Of a stretch of DNA of 64,000 nt, positions 8,615 to 17,863 are shown in pieces (the stretch's first letter is position 1; every line of letters begins with the position of its first letter). Source of the DNA: Deltaproteobacteria bacterium (lineage in GTDB: Bacteria; Myxococcota; Kuafuiibacteriia; Kuafuiibacteriales; Kuafuiibacteriaceae); the NCBI GenBank assembly GCA_040218735.1, contig JAVJQW010000007.1:64001-128000 (forward strand). The letters run 5' to 3'. A program made the position numbers and the translations under genes. The notes beneath the pieces are model-generated. The model saw only the letters and a program-made list of their open reading frames with translations. It was not told the DNA's origin and ran no database searches.

Positions 8615-9352
8615 ATGTTCGAGACCGTCCCGACCCCGACGCCCTCCTGCCCGTCCGAGCTGTTGCTCGACCGATGGCACCTCGGCGAGCTCGAACCCTC
8701 CCGCGCCGCGACCGTCGAAGCGCACCTCGCCGGCTGCCCCGACTGCAGCGAACGACGCGACGCCCGCGACGCCGGATTCGCCGCGCTCCCGGTCGACGCC
8801 GATCGGCTCTTCGCGAAGATCGAAGCCGCCGGCCCGCGCCGTCCGGTCCGCGACTTCTTCGACCGCCTGCGCGACTGGCGCATCCCGGCGCTGGTCGTGG
8901 CGACCGCCGCGGCGGTGTTCGTCCTCGCGCCGCGGGAGCAGGGCATCCGAACCAAGGGCGGCGACGTCGGCTTCCGCGTCTTCCGCGAGCACGCCGGACA
9001 GGTGGAGGAGAAGGTCAGCGGCGCGGCGTTCGCGGCGCGCGATCGGTTGCGGTTCGACGTGAAGGCGTCCGAGGGATCGCAGATCATGATCCTCGGCGTC
9101 GAAGAGTCGGGCGAGGTCTACACGTACTACCCCGCCGGTCTCGATCGCTCCGACCGCGTCCGGCGCACGTCCGACGGCGCGCTGTCCGGCGCCATCGAGC
9201 TCGACGACTACGACGGACGCGAGTGGCTCCACCTCGTCCGCTGCGACGACGCCTTCGCACGTGCCGACCTCATCACGGGGCCGGGGCCGAAGGGTGTCGA
9301 AGCGCCCGCGGGTTGTGACGTTCGAGCGTTCGAGATCCAACGGCAAAGATGA
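8615..9352 (+). CDS. Zinc-binding (zf-HC2/ZAS) transmembrane anti-sigma factor with periplasmic DUF4384-like domain
   Basis: HLAGCPDC motif, TM 'IPALVVATAAAVFVLA', then 'GIRTKGG'; directly after the ECF gene; alternative start GTG 8594. Confidence 0.85.
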   Translation: MFETVPTPTPSCPSELLLDRWHLGELEPSRAATVEAHLAGCPDCSERRDARDAGFAALPVDADRLFAKIEAAGPRRPVRDFFDRLRDWRIPALVVATAAAVFVLAPREQGIRTKGGDVGFRVFREHAGQVEEKVSGAAFAARDRLRFDVKASEGSQIMILGVEESGEVYTYYPAGLDRSDRVRRTSDGALSGAIELDDYDGREWLHLVRCDDAFARADLITGPGPKGVEAPAGCDVRAFEIQRQR

Positions 9353-10914
9353 TGCGTTTCGCCTGTGTCGTCGTCCTCGCGTTGATCGCGTCGTCGGCCG
9401 AGGCCGCCGAGCAGCGCTTCGCCGTCGTCATCGGCAACAACCGCGGCGCGAAGACCGAGCGCCCCCTGCGGTACGCGGAGCGCGACGCCAACACCTTCGC
9501 GCACGTGCTCCGGCGGCACGGCGACTGGGCCGCCGAGAACACCGTCGTGCTGCTCGGGGAGTCGGAGCGATCCATCCGGCGTGCGCTCCTCGAGGTGAAC
9601 GCGCGCATCCGCGAAGAGCGCGCGCACACGACGCTCGTCGTCTACTACTCGGGGCACGCGTCCGAGGAAGGTCTGCACCTCGGCGATCGCACGATGAGCT
9701 ACCGCGAGCTGCGCGCGATCATGCGCGGCTCCGCAGCGACGGTGCGGCTCCTCGTCCTCGATGCGTGTCGCTCCGGCGGCCTCACCAACGTGAAGGGCGC
9801 GCGCCCCGCGCAGCAGTTCGACATCCGCACCGCACGCGCGCCGGACGTCGAAGGCATGGTGATGATCTCGTCGAGCGCGGCGGGTGAGGACAGCCACGAG
9901 TCGGACCGCCTCGGCGCGAGCTTCTTCTCGCACCACTTCACGAACGCGCTCCTCGGCGCGGGCGACGAAGACGGTGACGCGCGCATCACGCTGAACGAGG
10001 CGTACAACTACGCGTACCGGAACACGCTGCGCGCGAGCGGCCACGCGACTTCGCTGCAGCACCCGACCTACGCCTACGACCTCAAGGGTCGCGGTGACCT
10101 CGTGATGACGCGCCTCGACCGCGCCAAGAACGACGCGAGCGCGCTCGAGCTCGCGGAGCCGGGCCTCTACCTCGTGCTCGACGACGCGGCGCGCGGGGAC
10201 GTCGTGGCCGAGGTGCGCTCGTCACGTGAAGCGACGCGCCTCGTGCTGCCGAGCTCGCGGTACCTCGTGCAGCGTCGCGACGAGGACCACTACCGTGAGT
10301 ACGAGGTCGACCTCGCGCCGGGGGAGACGGTCGCGTTGAAACGGCTCGCCTCGCGCCGGGTGAGTTACGCGCGGCTGGTTCGCAAGGGCTCCGAGCTGCG
10401 GTCCGCGGCGCACGCGGTCTATCTGCTCGGCGGTGGGCGCGGCGCGGTGCTCGCGGACATGGGGCCGGGGATGTCAGGGGCGTTCGAGTATGGGCTGAGC
10501 CTGGAGCTGATCAGCGTCGGGCTGCGGCTTCGGTACGGGCGCGGTCCCTCCGCGGCGCAGACGCCGACGGCGTCGGTGGTGCACGAGGAGCTCGCGTTCG
10601 GCGCGACGGCTTCGCACTTCTTCGACCTGCCGATGGTGAGCCTCGGCGTGGGGCTGCTCGTTGAGACGATCCATCACCAGCAGCGGATCAGCTCCGTGGT
10701 GGGGACGGACGAGCGGGCGGCGTGGGGCTTCGCGCTCGGCGCGTTGTTCACGGCGGAAGCGCCGATCTACGGGCCGCTCGTCGCGCGGGTCGAGGGCGGC
10801 CCGATCACTTACGTCTTCGATCGCACCGTCGTGGAGGCGGGGCGCGACCGCGGGCGCGAGACGACGACGCCGCTGACGGGGTTCGTGAACGTCGGCGTGG
10901 GGGTGCAGTTTTGA
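9349..10914 (+). CDS. Exported caspase-family (peptidase C14) protease with C-terminal beta-barrel-like domain
   Basis: Signal peptide; 'FAVVIGNN', 'YYSGHA' (His) and 'LDACRSG' (Cys) dyad; C-terminal amphipathic strands ending 'VNVGVGVQF'; ATGA-coupled to the anti-sigma. Confidence 0.9.
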   Translation: MMRFACVVVLALIASSAEAAEQRFAVVIGNNRGAKTERPLRYAERDANTFAHVLRRHGDWAAENTVVLLGESERSIRRALLEVNARIREERAHTTLVVYYSGHASEEGLHLGDRTMSYRELRAIMRGSAATVRLLVLDACRSGGLTNVKGARPAQQFDIRTARAPDVEGMVMISSSAAGEDSHESDRLGASFFSHHFTNALLGAGDEDGDARITLNEAYNYAYRNTLRASGHATSLQHPTYAYDLKGRGDLVMTRLDRAKNDASALELAEPGLYLVLDDAARGDVVAEVRSSREATRLVLPSSRYLVQRRDEDHYREYEVDLAPGETVALKRLASRRVSYARLVRKGSELRSAAHAVYLLGGGRGAVLADMGPGMSGAFEYGLSLELISVGLRLRYGRGPSAAQTPTASVVHEELAFGATASHFFDLPMVSLGVGLLVETIHHQQRISSVVGTDERAAWGFALGALFTAEAPIYGPLVARVEGGPITYVFDRTVVEAGRDRGRETTTPLTGFVNVGVGVQF

Positions 10915-11780
10915 AGCGCCTCGTCGTCGCGTTGTTGTGCGCCGGCTGTGGCGATGCGTTGGTCGTCGCCGACTACCAGGGTGAGCCGTTGCTCTCCGTC
11001 TCGGGGCGCATCGCGGACTTCCGTCACGCCAACGCGGACGAGGTGCTGCGGGCGTCGGTGTTCTGGTGGCAGGACGACCAACCGCAGCCGGACGTGTTGC
11101 AGCTCGTCGAGCACGAGGGGGTCGCGACGAAGGTGACGTTCCCGGCGACCTTCGAGGTCAACGTGTTCACGCCGCCGCCGCTCGAGCGACTCGACGCGAC
11201 GCGCCCGTTCCAGATCGGCACCGTGCTCGTGTACGCCGACGAGGATCAGGACGAGCACCTCTCCGAGGGGGAGCTCCGCGGCGGCGCGATGATGTTTGCG
11301 ATCGTGTTCGCGGCCGATCCGATCCCGGTCGAGCGATCGCCCTCCGGCGAGCGGCTCCCGGCGGGGTACTCGCTGGTGCGGCTGCCGCTGCCGTGTGGGC
11401 TCGAGCTGAAGGTCGAGACCTCGGGCGAGACTTGCGGCGTGCCGCTCGGTGCCGCCTGTACCGACGACCAGGACTGCGGAACGGGGTGGTGCGTGCAGGA
11501 GGATGACTACGTCACCTACCCCGGCGGCATGTGTGTGTTGGACTGGACGCCGGGCGGGTGCCAACCGAACAGCGCGGTGGTCGACGTGTTGTACTTCGAA
11601 GACGAACGCGTCGAACGCGACGTCTACCTACCGATGTGCGGTGCGCAGTCGGATTGTCGCGAAGGGTACGAGTGCCTGCTCGCGGTGGGGGCCTGCGTGC
11701 CGGAAGAGCCGTTCTTCCTCGACCTCTTCCCGGCCTTCGAACCCATGCCGTTCTGTTTGGCCGACTTCGAAGGTTGGTGA
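10911..11780 (+). CDS. Lipoprotein with C-terminal Cys-rich domain
   Basis: TTG start overlapping the caspase TGA; 'MKRLVVALLCAGC' lipobox; several Cys in the C-terminal third. Confidence 0.8.
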   Translation: MKRLVVALLCAGCGDALVVADYQGEPLLSVSGRIADFRHANADEVLRASVFWWQDDQPQPDVLQLVEHEGVATKVTFPATFEVNVFTPPPLERLDATRPFQIGTVLVYADEDQDEHLSEGELRGGAMMFAIVFAADPIPVERSPSGERLPAGYSLVRLPLPCGLELKVETSGETCGVPLGAACTDDQDCGTGWCVQEDDYVTYPGGMCVLDWTPGGCQPNSAVVDVLYFEDERVERDVYLPMCGAQSDCREGYECLLAVGACVPEEPFFLDLFPAFEPMPFCLADFEGW

Positions 11781-11827
11781 CGCGCCACGTCGAGCGCATC
11801 GCCTGCGCGTCACCTGTCACGTGACAG
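11776..11827. promoter_or_regulatory. Inverted repeat (possible terminator) abutting a perfect 14-bp palindrome
   Basis: GGTGACGCGC 11776-11785 / GCGCGTCACC 11805-11814; CTGTCACGTGACAG 11814-11827. Confidence 0.5.
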
Positions 11828-11901
11828 AACGTCTCAGACTGGAAACTTCGTGACGATTCGAGCGTGTGATGGGAATGAACTCGCGCAGGAGTCTCCTACT
11901 G

Positions 11902-14900
11902 ATGCAAAGACGAACACTCGCAACACTACTTTCGACACTTCTCTTCTCGATCTCGGCTTGCAGCAGCGACGAGTGCCCGAGCGGCACGTCGGACTGCAAC
12001 GGAACTTGCGTCGCGCTCTCGAGCGACGTGAACAACTGCGGCGCGTGTGGCAACACGTGCGGCGCGGACGAAGTCTGCGCCTCCGGCACTTGCATGGACA
12101 CGGGCACGACGGGCTGCCCCGTCAACCTGACCGATTGCAGCGGCACGTGCGTCGACACCGACGCGGACGCCGCGAACTGTGGCTCGTGCGGCAACGCGTG
12201 CACCGGCGGACTCGTCTGCGCCGAGGGCACGTGTGAGGTGAGCTGTCCCGCTTCACAAACGGAGTGTAGCGGCGCGTGTTTCGACACGCAGAACACGACC
12301 GAACATTGCGGCGACTGCGGCAACGCTTGCCCGGCCGGCCTCGTCTGCGTCAGCGGCGACTGCGAAGCGACGTGCCCCGCGGCTCAGATGCTCTGCGGAA
12401 CCGCGTGTGTCTCGACCGCGACCGACGAAGACCACTGCGGTGGCTGCGGCGTCGCGTGTGATCCGGGTGAGCTGTGTGTGAACAGCACCTGTGAGATCTC
12501 CTGCGGCGGCGGCTCCGTCGCTTGCAACGGTGCTTGCACCAACACCGACATCGATCGCGAGAACTGCGGTGGCTGTGGCGTCCGCTGCGACGCCGACGAG
12601 CTCTGCGTCGCGGGTAACTGCGAGCTGAACTGCGGCGGCGGCGCCGACTGCGGCGGTGGCACGTGCACGTCGACGCTCACCGACGAGCTGAACTGCGGCG
12701 CTTGTGGCACCACCTGCGGCGCGAACGAGCTCTGCAGCGCGGGCGCCTGCACGCTGACCTGCGCGGGCAACACGCCCGACGAGTGCGCCGGCGTCTGCAC
12801 CAACACACTCGTCGACCCCGCGAACTGCGGCGGTTGCGGCATCGCGTGTGGCAACGGCGAAGTCTGCAGCGCGGGCAACTGCCAGGGCCAGTGCGGCCCC
12901 GGACTCGCGCAGTGCGGCACGACCTGCACCTCGACGCTCACGGATCCCACGAACTGTGGCGCTTGCGGCACCGCGTGCCCGACGCCTGCGGGCGGCACGG
13001 CCGTTTGCTCTGCCGGCGCTTGCTCCGGCATCTGCGCCGCGGGTCAGGCCGACTGCGACGGCGACCTGTCGACGACCGGAACCAACGGCTGCGAGATCGA
13101 TCTCGCGAACGACGCGACGAACTGCGGCACGTGCGGAATCGCGTGCACGTACGCCAACGCCGCGGGCGCCTGTAACAACTTCGTCTGTGAGATCGGGGCG
13201 TGCGCCGCCGGCTTCGACAACTGCGACCTGAACCCGGCCACCGGCTGCGAGGCAGAGCTCGCCGTCGATCCGATGAACTGCAACGCCTGCGGGACCGTGT
13301 GCCCCGCCGGGAACGTCTGCAGCGCGGGCCAGTGTGTCAGCGGCCAGATGACCGGCGAAGACTGCACCGGTCCGCTCGTCCTCTCGGCCGGCGCCGGTAC
13401 GTACGCGTGGGCGGCGTCGAACAACGACTACCTGCAGCTCCGTCCGAGCTGCCAGGCGGTGGCGTACACCGCGGAGGGCCCCGACGTCGTCCTGCAGTAC
13501 ACGCCGACGTTCAACGGCTTCGCCGACATCTCGATCGTGAAGCCCGCCAACAACCGCTACACGATGGTCGTCTCCGACGCGACGTGCGGAACGTTGACGG
13601 AGCTCGCGTGTGTCTCCGACAACACCGCGGCCGAGCTGTTCGCCATGGTCCCGGTCGTCGCGAACACGGACTACTTCGTGTACGTCGTCGACACCGACTC
13701 CGGCGCGACGGTGCTTCCGAACCCGCTGGAGGTCACGGTCAACGAGACCAACTGTGGAACGAACCCGGCGCCGATGGTCACGGCGCTCATGCCCGCGGTG
13801 GGCGCGACGGCGACGGAGCTGAGCCCGGACCTCGTGGTGACCTTCGATCAGCCGATGAACGAGGACATCGGGACGATCACCGTCACGGGCAACATGGGCA
13901 CGAACGTGACGTACGACCTGGCGACGAGCCCGGCGGACGTCGACTTCAACGTTGCCGGAGACACGATCACGATCTCCAACAGTGTGTTCGCGCCGGGTGA
14001 GACCGTCACCGTGACGTGGACCGGTCTCGTCGACACGCTCTGCAGCACGCCGGCCGCTCCCGCGACGCCCGCGTGGACGTTCACCGCGTTCACGCCGCCG
14101 TGCGCGCCTGGGTTCAACGGTATGGTGGGCAGCACGCAGACGCGGTTCGCGACTGGCCTGGGGACCTTCACCGAGTACTACGTCGCGGCGGATGCGGACC
14201 CGAACGGCTGGGTCTACATGGGTGGTCTGGCGAACCTCTACCGGATGTCGAAGGACGGCTTGGTCGTGGAGGACGTCGAGGCGCTCGCCGGACTCGCGGC
14301 CGCGCAGCTCGGCTACACGATGTTGGTGGACGGACAGAACATCTACACCGTCGAGTCGACGACCACCGGGACGACCGGTCGCGTCTGGCGGATCTCCTCC
14401 GACGGCGGTGCGACTTGGGTCGTGGAAGACGCCGCGGGCTTCGCGCCCGCTCCGGCGGACGACTTCCGCGCCATCGATGCGTACGGCGGGATGATCTACG
14501 TGATGACCCACGAAGGTACTTCGTCGGTCCCGACCGAGATCTGGGAGTTCGATCCGAGCACCGTGCCGGCCGTCGCTACGATGGTCGCGTCGTTCGCGGG
14601 TTACGCGAGCTGCGGCGCGCTCGAGACCGACATGAACTACTTCTACGCGACTTGCGGTTCCACCGACGAGATGGTCCGGGTGAACCGTTCGACGGGCGTC
14701 GCCGAGCTGCTGCTCGATGGCACCTACGACTGGTCGAGCACCGCGGGCGCCCTGCACGGGCGTGACATCGACGCGGACGGCGTCGTCGACTACCTCTACT
14801 CGCAGGGGTGGATCGAGGAGGCCTACTTCGTCTGCGGTATCGGCACGTCGAACTTCACGGACATCCTGTTCACCATCAACAACGGCGGCACGAGCCAGTA

Positions 14901-14979
14901 CGGCATGGGCTACGACCCGACCGCGAACGTGCTGTGGATGATGGACGACGGGACCCGCGAGTTCATCCGCATCGAATGA
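11902..14979 (+). CDS. Large surface lipoprotein: ten Cys-rich repeats, Ig-like domain(s), C-terminal beta-propeller-like region
   Basis: AGGAG RBS; lipobox 'ISAC'; ten 'D/TxxN/HCGxCGxxC'-type units (myxobacterial/Stig1-like); 'LVVTFDQPM' Ig-like segment. Confidence 0.85.
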   Translation: MQRRTLATLLSTLLFSISACSSDECPSGTSDCNGTCVALSSDVNNCGACGNTCGADEVCASGTCMDTGTTGCPVNLTDCSGTCVDTDADAANCGSCGNACTGGLVCAEGTCEVSCPASQTECSGACFDTQNTTEHCGDCGNACPAGLVCVSGDCEATCPAAQMLCGTACVSTATDEDHCGGCGVACDPGELCVNSTCEISCGGGSVACNGACTNTDIDRENCGGCGVRCDADELCVAGNCELNCGGGADCGGGTCTSTLTDELNCGACGTTCGANELCSAGACTLTCAGNTPDECAGVCTNTLVDPANCGGCGIACGNGEVCSAGNCQGQCGPGLAQCGTTCTSTLTDPTNCGACGTACPTPAGGTAVCSAGACSGICAAGQADCDGDLSTTGTNGCEIDLANDATNCGTCGIACTYANAAGACNNFVCEIGACAAGFDNCDLNPATGCEAELAVDPMNCNACGTVCPAGNVCSAGQCVSGQMTGEDCTGPLVLSAGAGTYAWAASNNDYLQLRPSCQAVAYTAEGPDVVLQYTPTFNGFADISIVKPANNRYTMVVSDATCGTLTELACVSDNTAAELFAMVPVVANTDYFVYVVDTDSGATVLPNPLEVTVNETNCGTNPAPMVTALMPAVGATATELSPDLVVTFDQPMNEDIGTITVTGNMGTNVTYDLATSPADVDFNVAGDTITISNSVFAPGETVTVTWTGLVDTLCSTPAAPATPAWTFTAFTPPCAPGFNGMVGSTQTRFATGLGTFTEYYVAADADPNGWVYMGGLANLYRMSKDGLVVEDVEALAGLAAAQLGYTMLVDGQNIYTVESTTTGTTGRVWRISSDGGATWVVEDAAGFAPAPADDFRAIDAYGGMIYVMTHEGTSSVPTEIWEFDPSTVPAVATMVASFAGYASCGALETDMNYFYATCGSTDEMVRVNRSTGVAELLLDGTYDWSSTAGALHGRDIDADGVVDYLYSQGWIEEAYFVCGIGTSNFTDILFTINNGGTSQYGMGYDPTANVLWMMDDGTREFIRIE
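11965..13340 (+). repeat. Coding tandem Cys-rich repeats, about ten units of roughly 40-50 aa
   Basis: NNCGACGNTC, ANCGSCGNAC, EHCGDCGNAC, DHCGGCGVAC, ENCGGCGVRC, LNCGACGTTC, ANCGGCGIAC, TNCGACGTAC, TNCGTCGIAC, MNCNACGTVC. Confidence 0.85.
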
Positions 14980-14984
14980 CGACC

Positions 14985-15030
14985 TCGACGTCCCGCCCGG
15001 GGCTTCACGAGCTCCGGGCGGGAACGTCGA
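14985..15030 (+). terminator. Strong GC-rich hairpin after the Cys-rich lipoprotein gene
   Basis: TCCCGCCCGGGGCT (14991-15004) / AGCTCCGGGCGGGA (15010-15023), extended by TCGACG/CGTCGA; no U tract. Confidence 0.6.
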
Positions 15031-15104
15031 TCCCGCCTCCTCTACAGGGACTGAACCCCGCGGCTTGACAGCCGATGGGCGCGTTTGTTCTTCGCGTCCC
15101 ACGG

Positions 15105-17216
15105 ATGTCGCGTCGCGCCCTCACTCGCCTCGCGGTGGTCGCCGCGATCGTCCTCCTCATCGCCGGCTACTTCGCGATCCCCCCCTTCGCGGACTTCGAC
15201 GCCGAGGCGCTCGTCGCTAAGGGCAAGGCGTACGACGTCGAGATCGTCCGTGACGCCGAAGGGGTGCCGCACATCTTCGGCGAGCGCGACGTCGACGTCG
15301 CGTACGGCCTCGGCTTCGCGCAGTCGGAGGACGACTTCGCGACGGTGCAGGACATCGTGCTCGCGATGCGCGGGCGCCTCGCCACGGTGAAGGGCCCCGA
15401 GGCCGGGCCGACCGACTACCTCGTCGGGCTATTCGACGTCTGGGGCACCATCGAGCGCCGCTACGACACCGACCTCGACGACGCGACGCGCGCGCTCGCC
15501 GACGCTTACGCGGACGGCGTGAACCACTACGCCGCGCTCCACCCCGAGGAGGTGCTCCCGGGCGTCGTGCCGATGACGGGGCGCGACGTCGTCGCCGGGT
15601 TCGTCTTCAAGATGCCGTTCTTCTACGGGCTCGACCGAACGCTCAAGAAGCTGTTCGCCGGACCGCAGAACCCGACCGCGTTCCTCGCGCCCGAGGTCGC
15701 GTCACCGGAGCTCGGGAGCAACGGCTTCGCGGTCACGTCCACGCGCAGCGGCGACGGCAAGGTCCACCTCGTCGTGAACTCCCACCAGCCCTACACCGGC
15801 CCGGTCGCCTGGTACGAGGCGCACCTGAAGAGCCAAGAGGGTTGGGAGATGTACGGCGGCACGTTCCCCGGCGCGCCGGTGATCCTGCACGGCGTCGGTC
15901 CGCGCCTCGGGTGGGCGAGCACGGTGAACGTGCCGGACCTCGTCGATGTCTACGCGCTCGAGCTCAACCCCGAGGACCCGATGCAGTACCGCCACGACGG
16001 CGGGTGGAAGACCTTCGAGCAGCGCACCATCCCCATCCGCGTGAAGGTGTACGGGCGTCTGTTCTGGACCGTGGAGAAGGTCGCGCTGTCCACCGTGCAC
16101 GGTCCGGTGGTCGAGACGAACCACGGCAAGTTCGCGATTCGCTACGCGGGCCGCGACGAGGTCCGCCAGCTCGCGCAGTACTACCGGATGAACCGCGCGC
16201 AGGACTTCGACGCGTGGCGCGACGCGATGGGGATGCTCGCCATCCCGTGCATCAACTTCGTCTACGCCGATGCCGAGGGGAACGTGGGGCACTTCTACAA
16301 CGGTCAGTTCCCGAAGCGGAAAGAGGGCGTCGACTGGGCCGACACACTCCCCGGCGCCGACCCGTCGCTGGTGTGGACGGAGTACCTGCCGTTCGACGCG
16401 CTCCCCCACACCGTGAACCCGCCGTCGGGGTTCGTGTTCAGCGCGAACCACTCCCCGTACTTCGCGACGGACGGCGCGGGGGCGCCGAAGGCCGAGGACT
16501 TCTCGCCGACGCTCGGCATCGAGACGCGGCTCACGAACCGCGCGCGGCGGGTGCTCGAGCTCGCGCCGGGGCGGGCGCTCGATCGGAAGACGCTCGAGCG
16601 GATCAAGTACGACAAACGGTACCACCCGGAGTCGGACCTGATGACGGAGGTGAAGGCGCTCTGCACGGCGGCGGGCGGCGACGACGAGCTCCTCACCAGC
16701 GCGCGCAAGGTGCTGTGCGCGTGGGACGGCTCGGCGGAGGCGGACAGCCAGCAGGCGGCGCTCGCGATCACCACGGTGGAGCCAATCCTGATGGCGCGTC
16801 GCGAGGGACGCCTGCCTCCGGACGGGCAGTCGTTGTTGCTGTTGAACGCACGCATCCTGATGCGCGTGCACGAGCGGCTGGAGATCGCGTGGGATCTCGT
16901 GAACAAGATCCGCCGCGGCGCGCGCAGCTTCGGGCTCGGCGGCGGCCCCGACACGCTGAGGGCGGTGCACGGCGGGGGCCTCCAGGACGACGGCACGCGC
17001 ACCGCGAACCTCGGCGATACGCTGATCATCTTCGCGTCGTGGGGTTCGGAAGGATGGAGCGCCGACGCGATCCACCAGTTCGGCAGCGCGACGACGCGGC
17101 CTCGGTCGAAGCACTTCGCGGATCAGCTGGAGCGGTTCGCGGAGGAGCAGCTCAGGACGGTGCCGCTCGACGAGGCGGCGATCCGCGCCGTCGCCACGCG
17201 AACGTACCGGCCCTGA
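15105..17216 (+). CDS. Penicillin acylase / AHL acylase family Ntn-hydrolase (peptidase S45)
   Basis: 'EIVRDAEGVPHI', 'YGLGFAQSED', autocatalytic 'GSNGFAV', 'NSHQP', 'WYEAHL', 'INFVYADAEGN'; N-terminal TM anchor. Confidence 0.92.
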   Translation: MSRRALTRLAVVAAIVLLIAGYFAIPPFADFDAEALVAKGKAYDVEIVRDAEGVPHIFGERDVDVAYGLGFAQSEDDFATVQDIVLAMRGRLATVKGPEAGPTDYLVGLFDVWGTIERRYDTDLDDATRALADAYADGVNHYAALHPEEVLPGVVPMTGRDVVAGFVFKMPFFYGLDRTLKKLFAGPQNPTAFLAPEVASPELGSNGFAVTSTRSGDGKVHLVVNSHQPYTGPVAWYEAHLKSQEGWEMYGGTFPGAPVILHGVGPRLGWASTVNVPDLVDVYALELNPEDPMQYRHDGGWKTFEQRTIPIRVKVYGRLFWTVEKVALSTVHGPVVETNHGKFAIRYAGRDEVRQLAQYYRMNRAQDFDAWRDAMGMLAIPCINFVYADAEGNVGHFYNGQFPKRKEGVDWADTLPGADPSLVWTEYLPFDALPHTVNPPSGFVFSANHSPYFATDGAGAPKAEDFSPTLGIETRLTNRARRVLELAPGRALDRKTLERIKYDKRYHPESDLMTEVKALCTAAGGDDELLTSARKVLCAWDGSAEADSQQAALAITTVEPILMARREGRLPPDGQSLLLLNARILMRVHERLEIAWDLVNKIRRGARSFGLGGGPDTLRAVHGGGLQDDGTRTANLGDTLIIFASWGSEGWSADAIHQFGSATTRPRSKHFADQLERFAEEQLRTVPLDEAAIRAVATRTYRP

Positions 17217-17312
17217 CCGCGCCCGCCCTCGGGATGGGTGCATTGTTCCTCCGGGGTTGCACATCGTTCGTCGCGTCCGTCGGCGTTGCGCCATCGAGCG
17301 CCCGGATCGCGC

Positions 17313-17328
17313 TGGCACGAACGGTGCT
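17313..17328 (+). promoter_or_regulatory. Sigma54 (-24/-12) promoter
   Basis: TGGCACGAACGGTGCT = GG-N10-GC, about 30 nt upstream of ATG 17357. Confidence 0.75.
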
Positions 17329-17356
17329 CTCTCCGCCCTCCGAAAGGAGATTCGAT

Positions 17357-17818
17357 ATGCCTATTCTCGGAGGACTGATCGGTGGCGCGCTCAAGGGCGG
17401 CCTGCTCAAGGGGGCCGCGGGCGGCCTGCTCAAGGGGGGCGGCGGCGGCCTGCTCAAGGGGCTCGCCGGCAAGGGCGGCCTGCTCGGCAAGGCCTTGGAG
17501 GCGGTCGGCGGGCCGCAGGGGATCATGGACATGGTCAGCCAGTTCGCGCAGGGCGGCGGCGGCGCGGAGGAGGCCGGCGGCGCCGAAGGTGGCCAGGATG
17601 CGGCAAAGGGTAAGGGCGGGGACGAGAAGAACCCTCTCGTGAAGCTCGCCAAGCAGTTCGCGAACGCGAAGTCGCCCAAGGACGTCGACAAACTCGTGAA
17701 GGGCCTGAAGAAGAAGCTCGGCAAGAAGGCTTCACCCGAGTTCAACAAGCTGATCGACCAGATCGCGGACGCTCGGAAGGCCTCGCTCGCTGGCGGCGGG
17801 ATGGCGAAGGCGGCGTGA
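17357..17818 (+). CDS. Small Gly/Lys-rich protein with GGLLKG repeats (153 aa), unknown function
   Basis: AAGGAG RBS before ATG 17357; 3' part of the 15842..17818 ORF; typical GC3-rich codons. Confidence 0.85.
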   Translation: MPILGGLIGGALKGGLLKGAAGGLLKGGGGGLLKGLAGKGGLLGKALEAVGGPQGIMDMVSQFAQGGGGAEEAGGAEGGQDAAKGKGGDEKNPLVKLAKQFANAKSPKDVDKLVKGLKKKLGKKASPEFNKLIDQIADARKASLAGGGMAKAA

Positions 17819-17863
17819 TTCGAGGCGTGGCGCGCGTCGATGGTCCTGCTATGGTCCCGCGCC

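Noticed and set aside
15842-17356. Long N-terminal extension of the Gly-rich protein (658-aa ORF)
   Set aside because: Arg/Gly-rich off-frame read of the acylase gene; promoter and RBS define the start at 17357.
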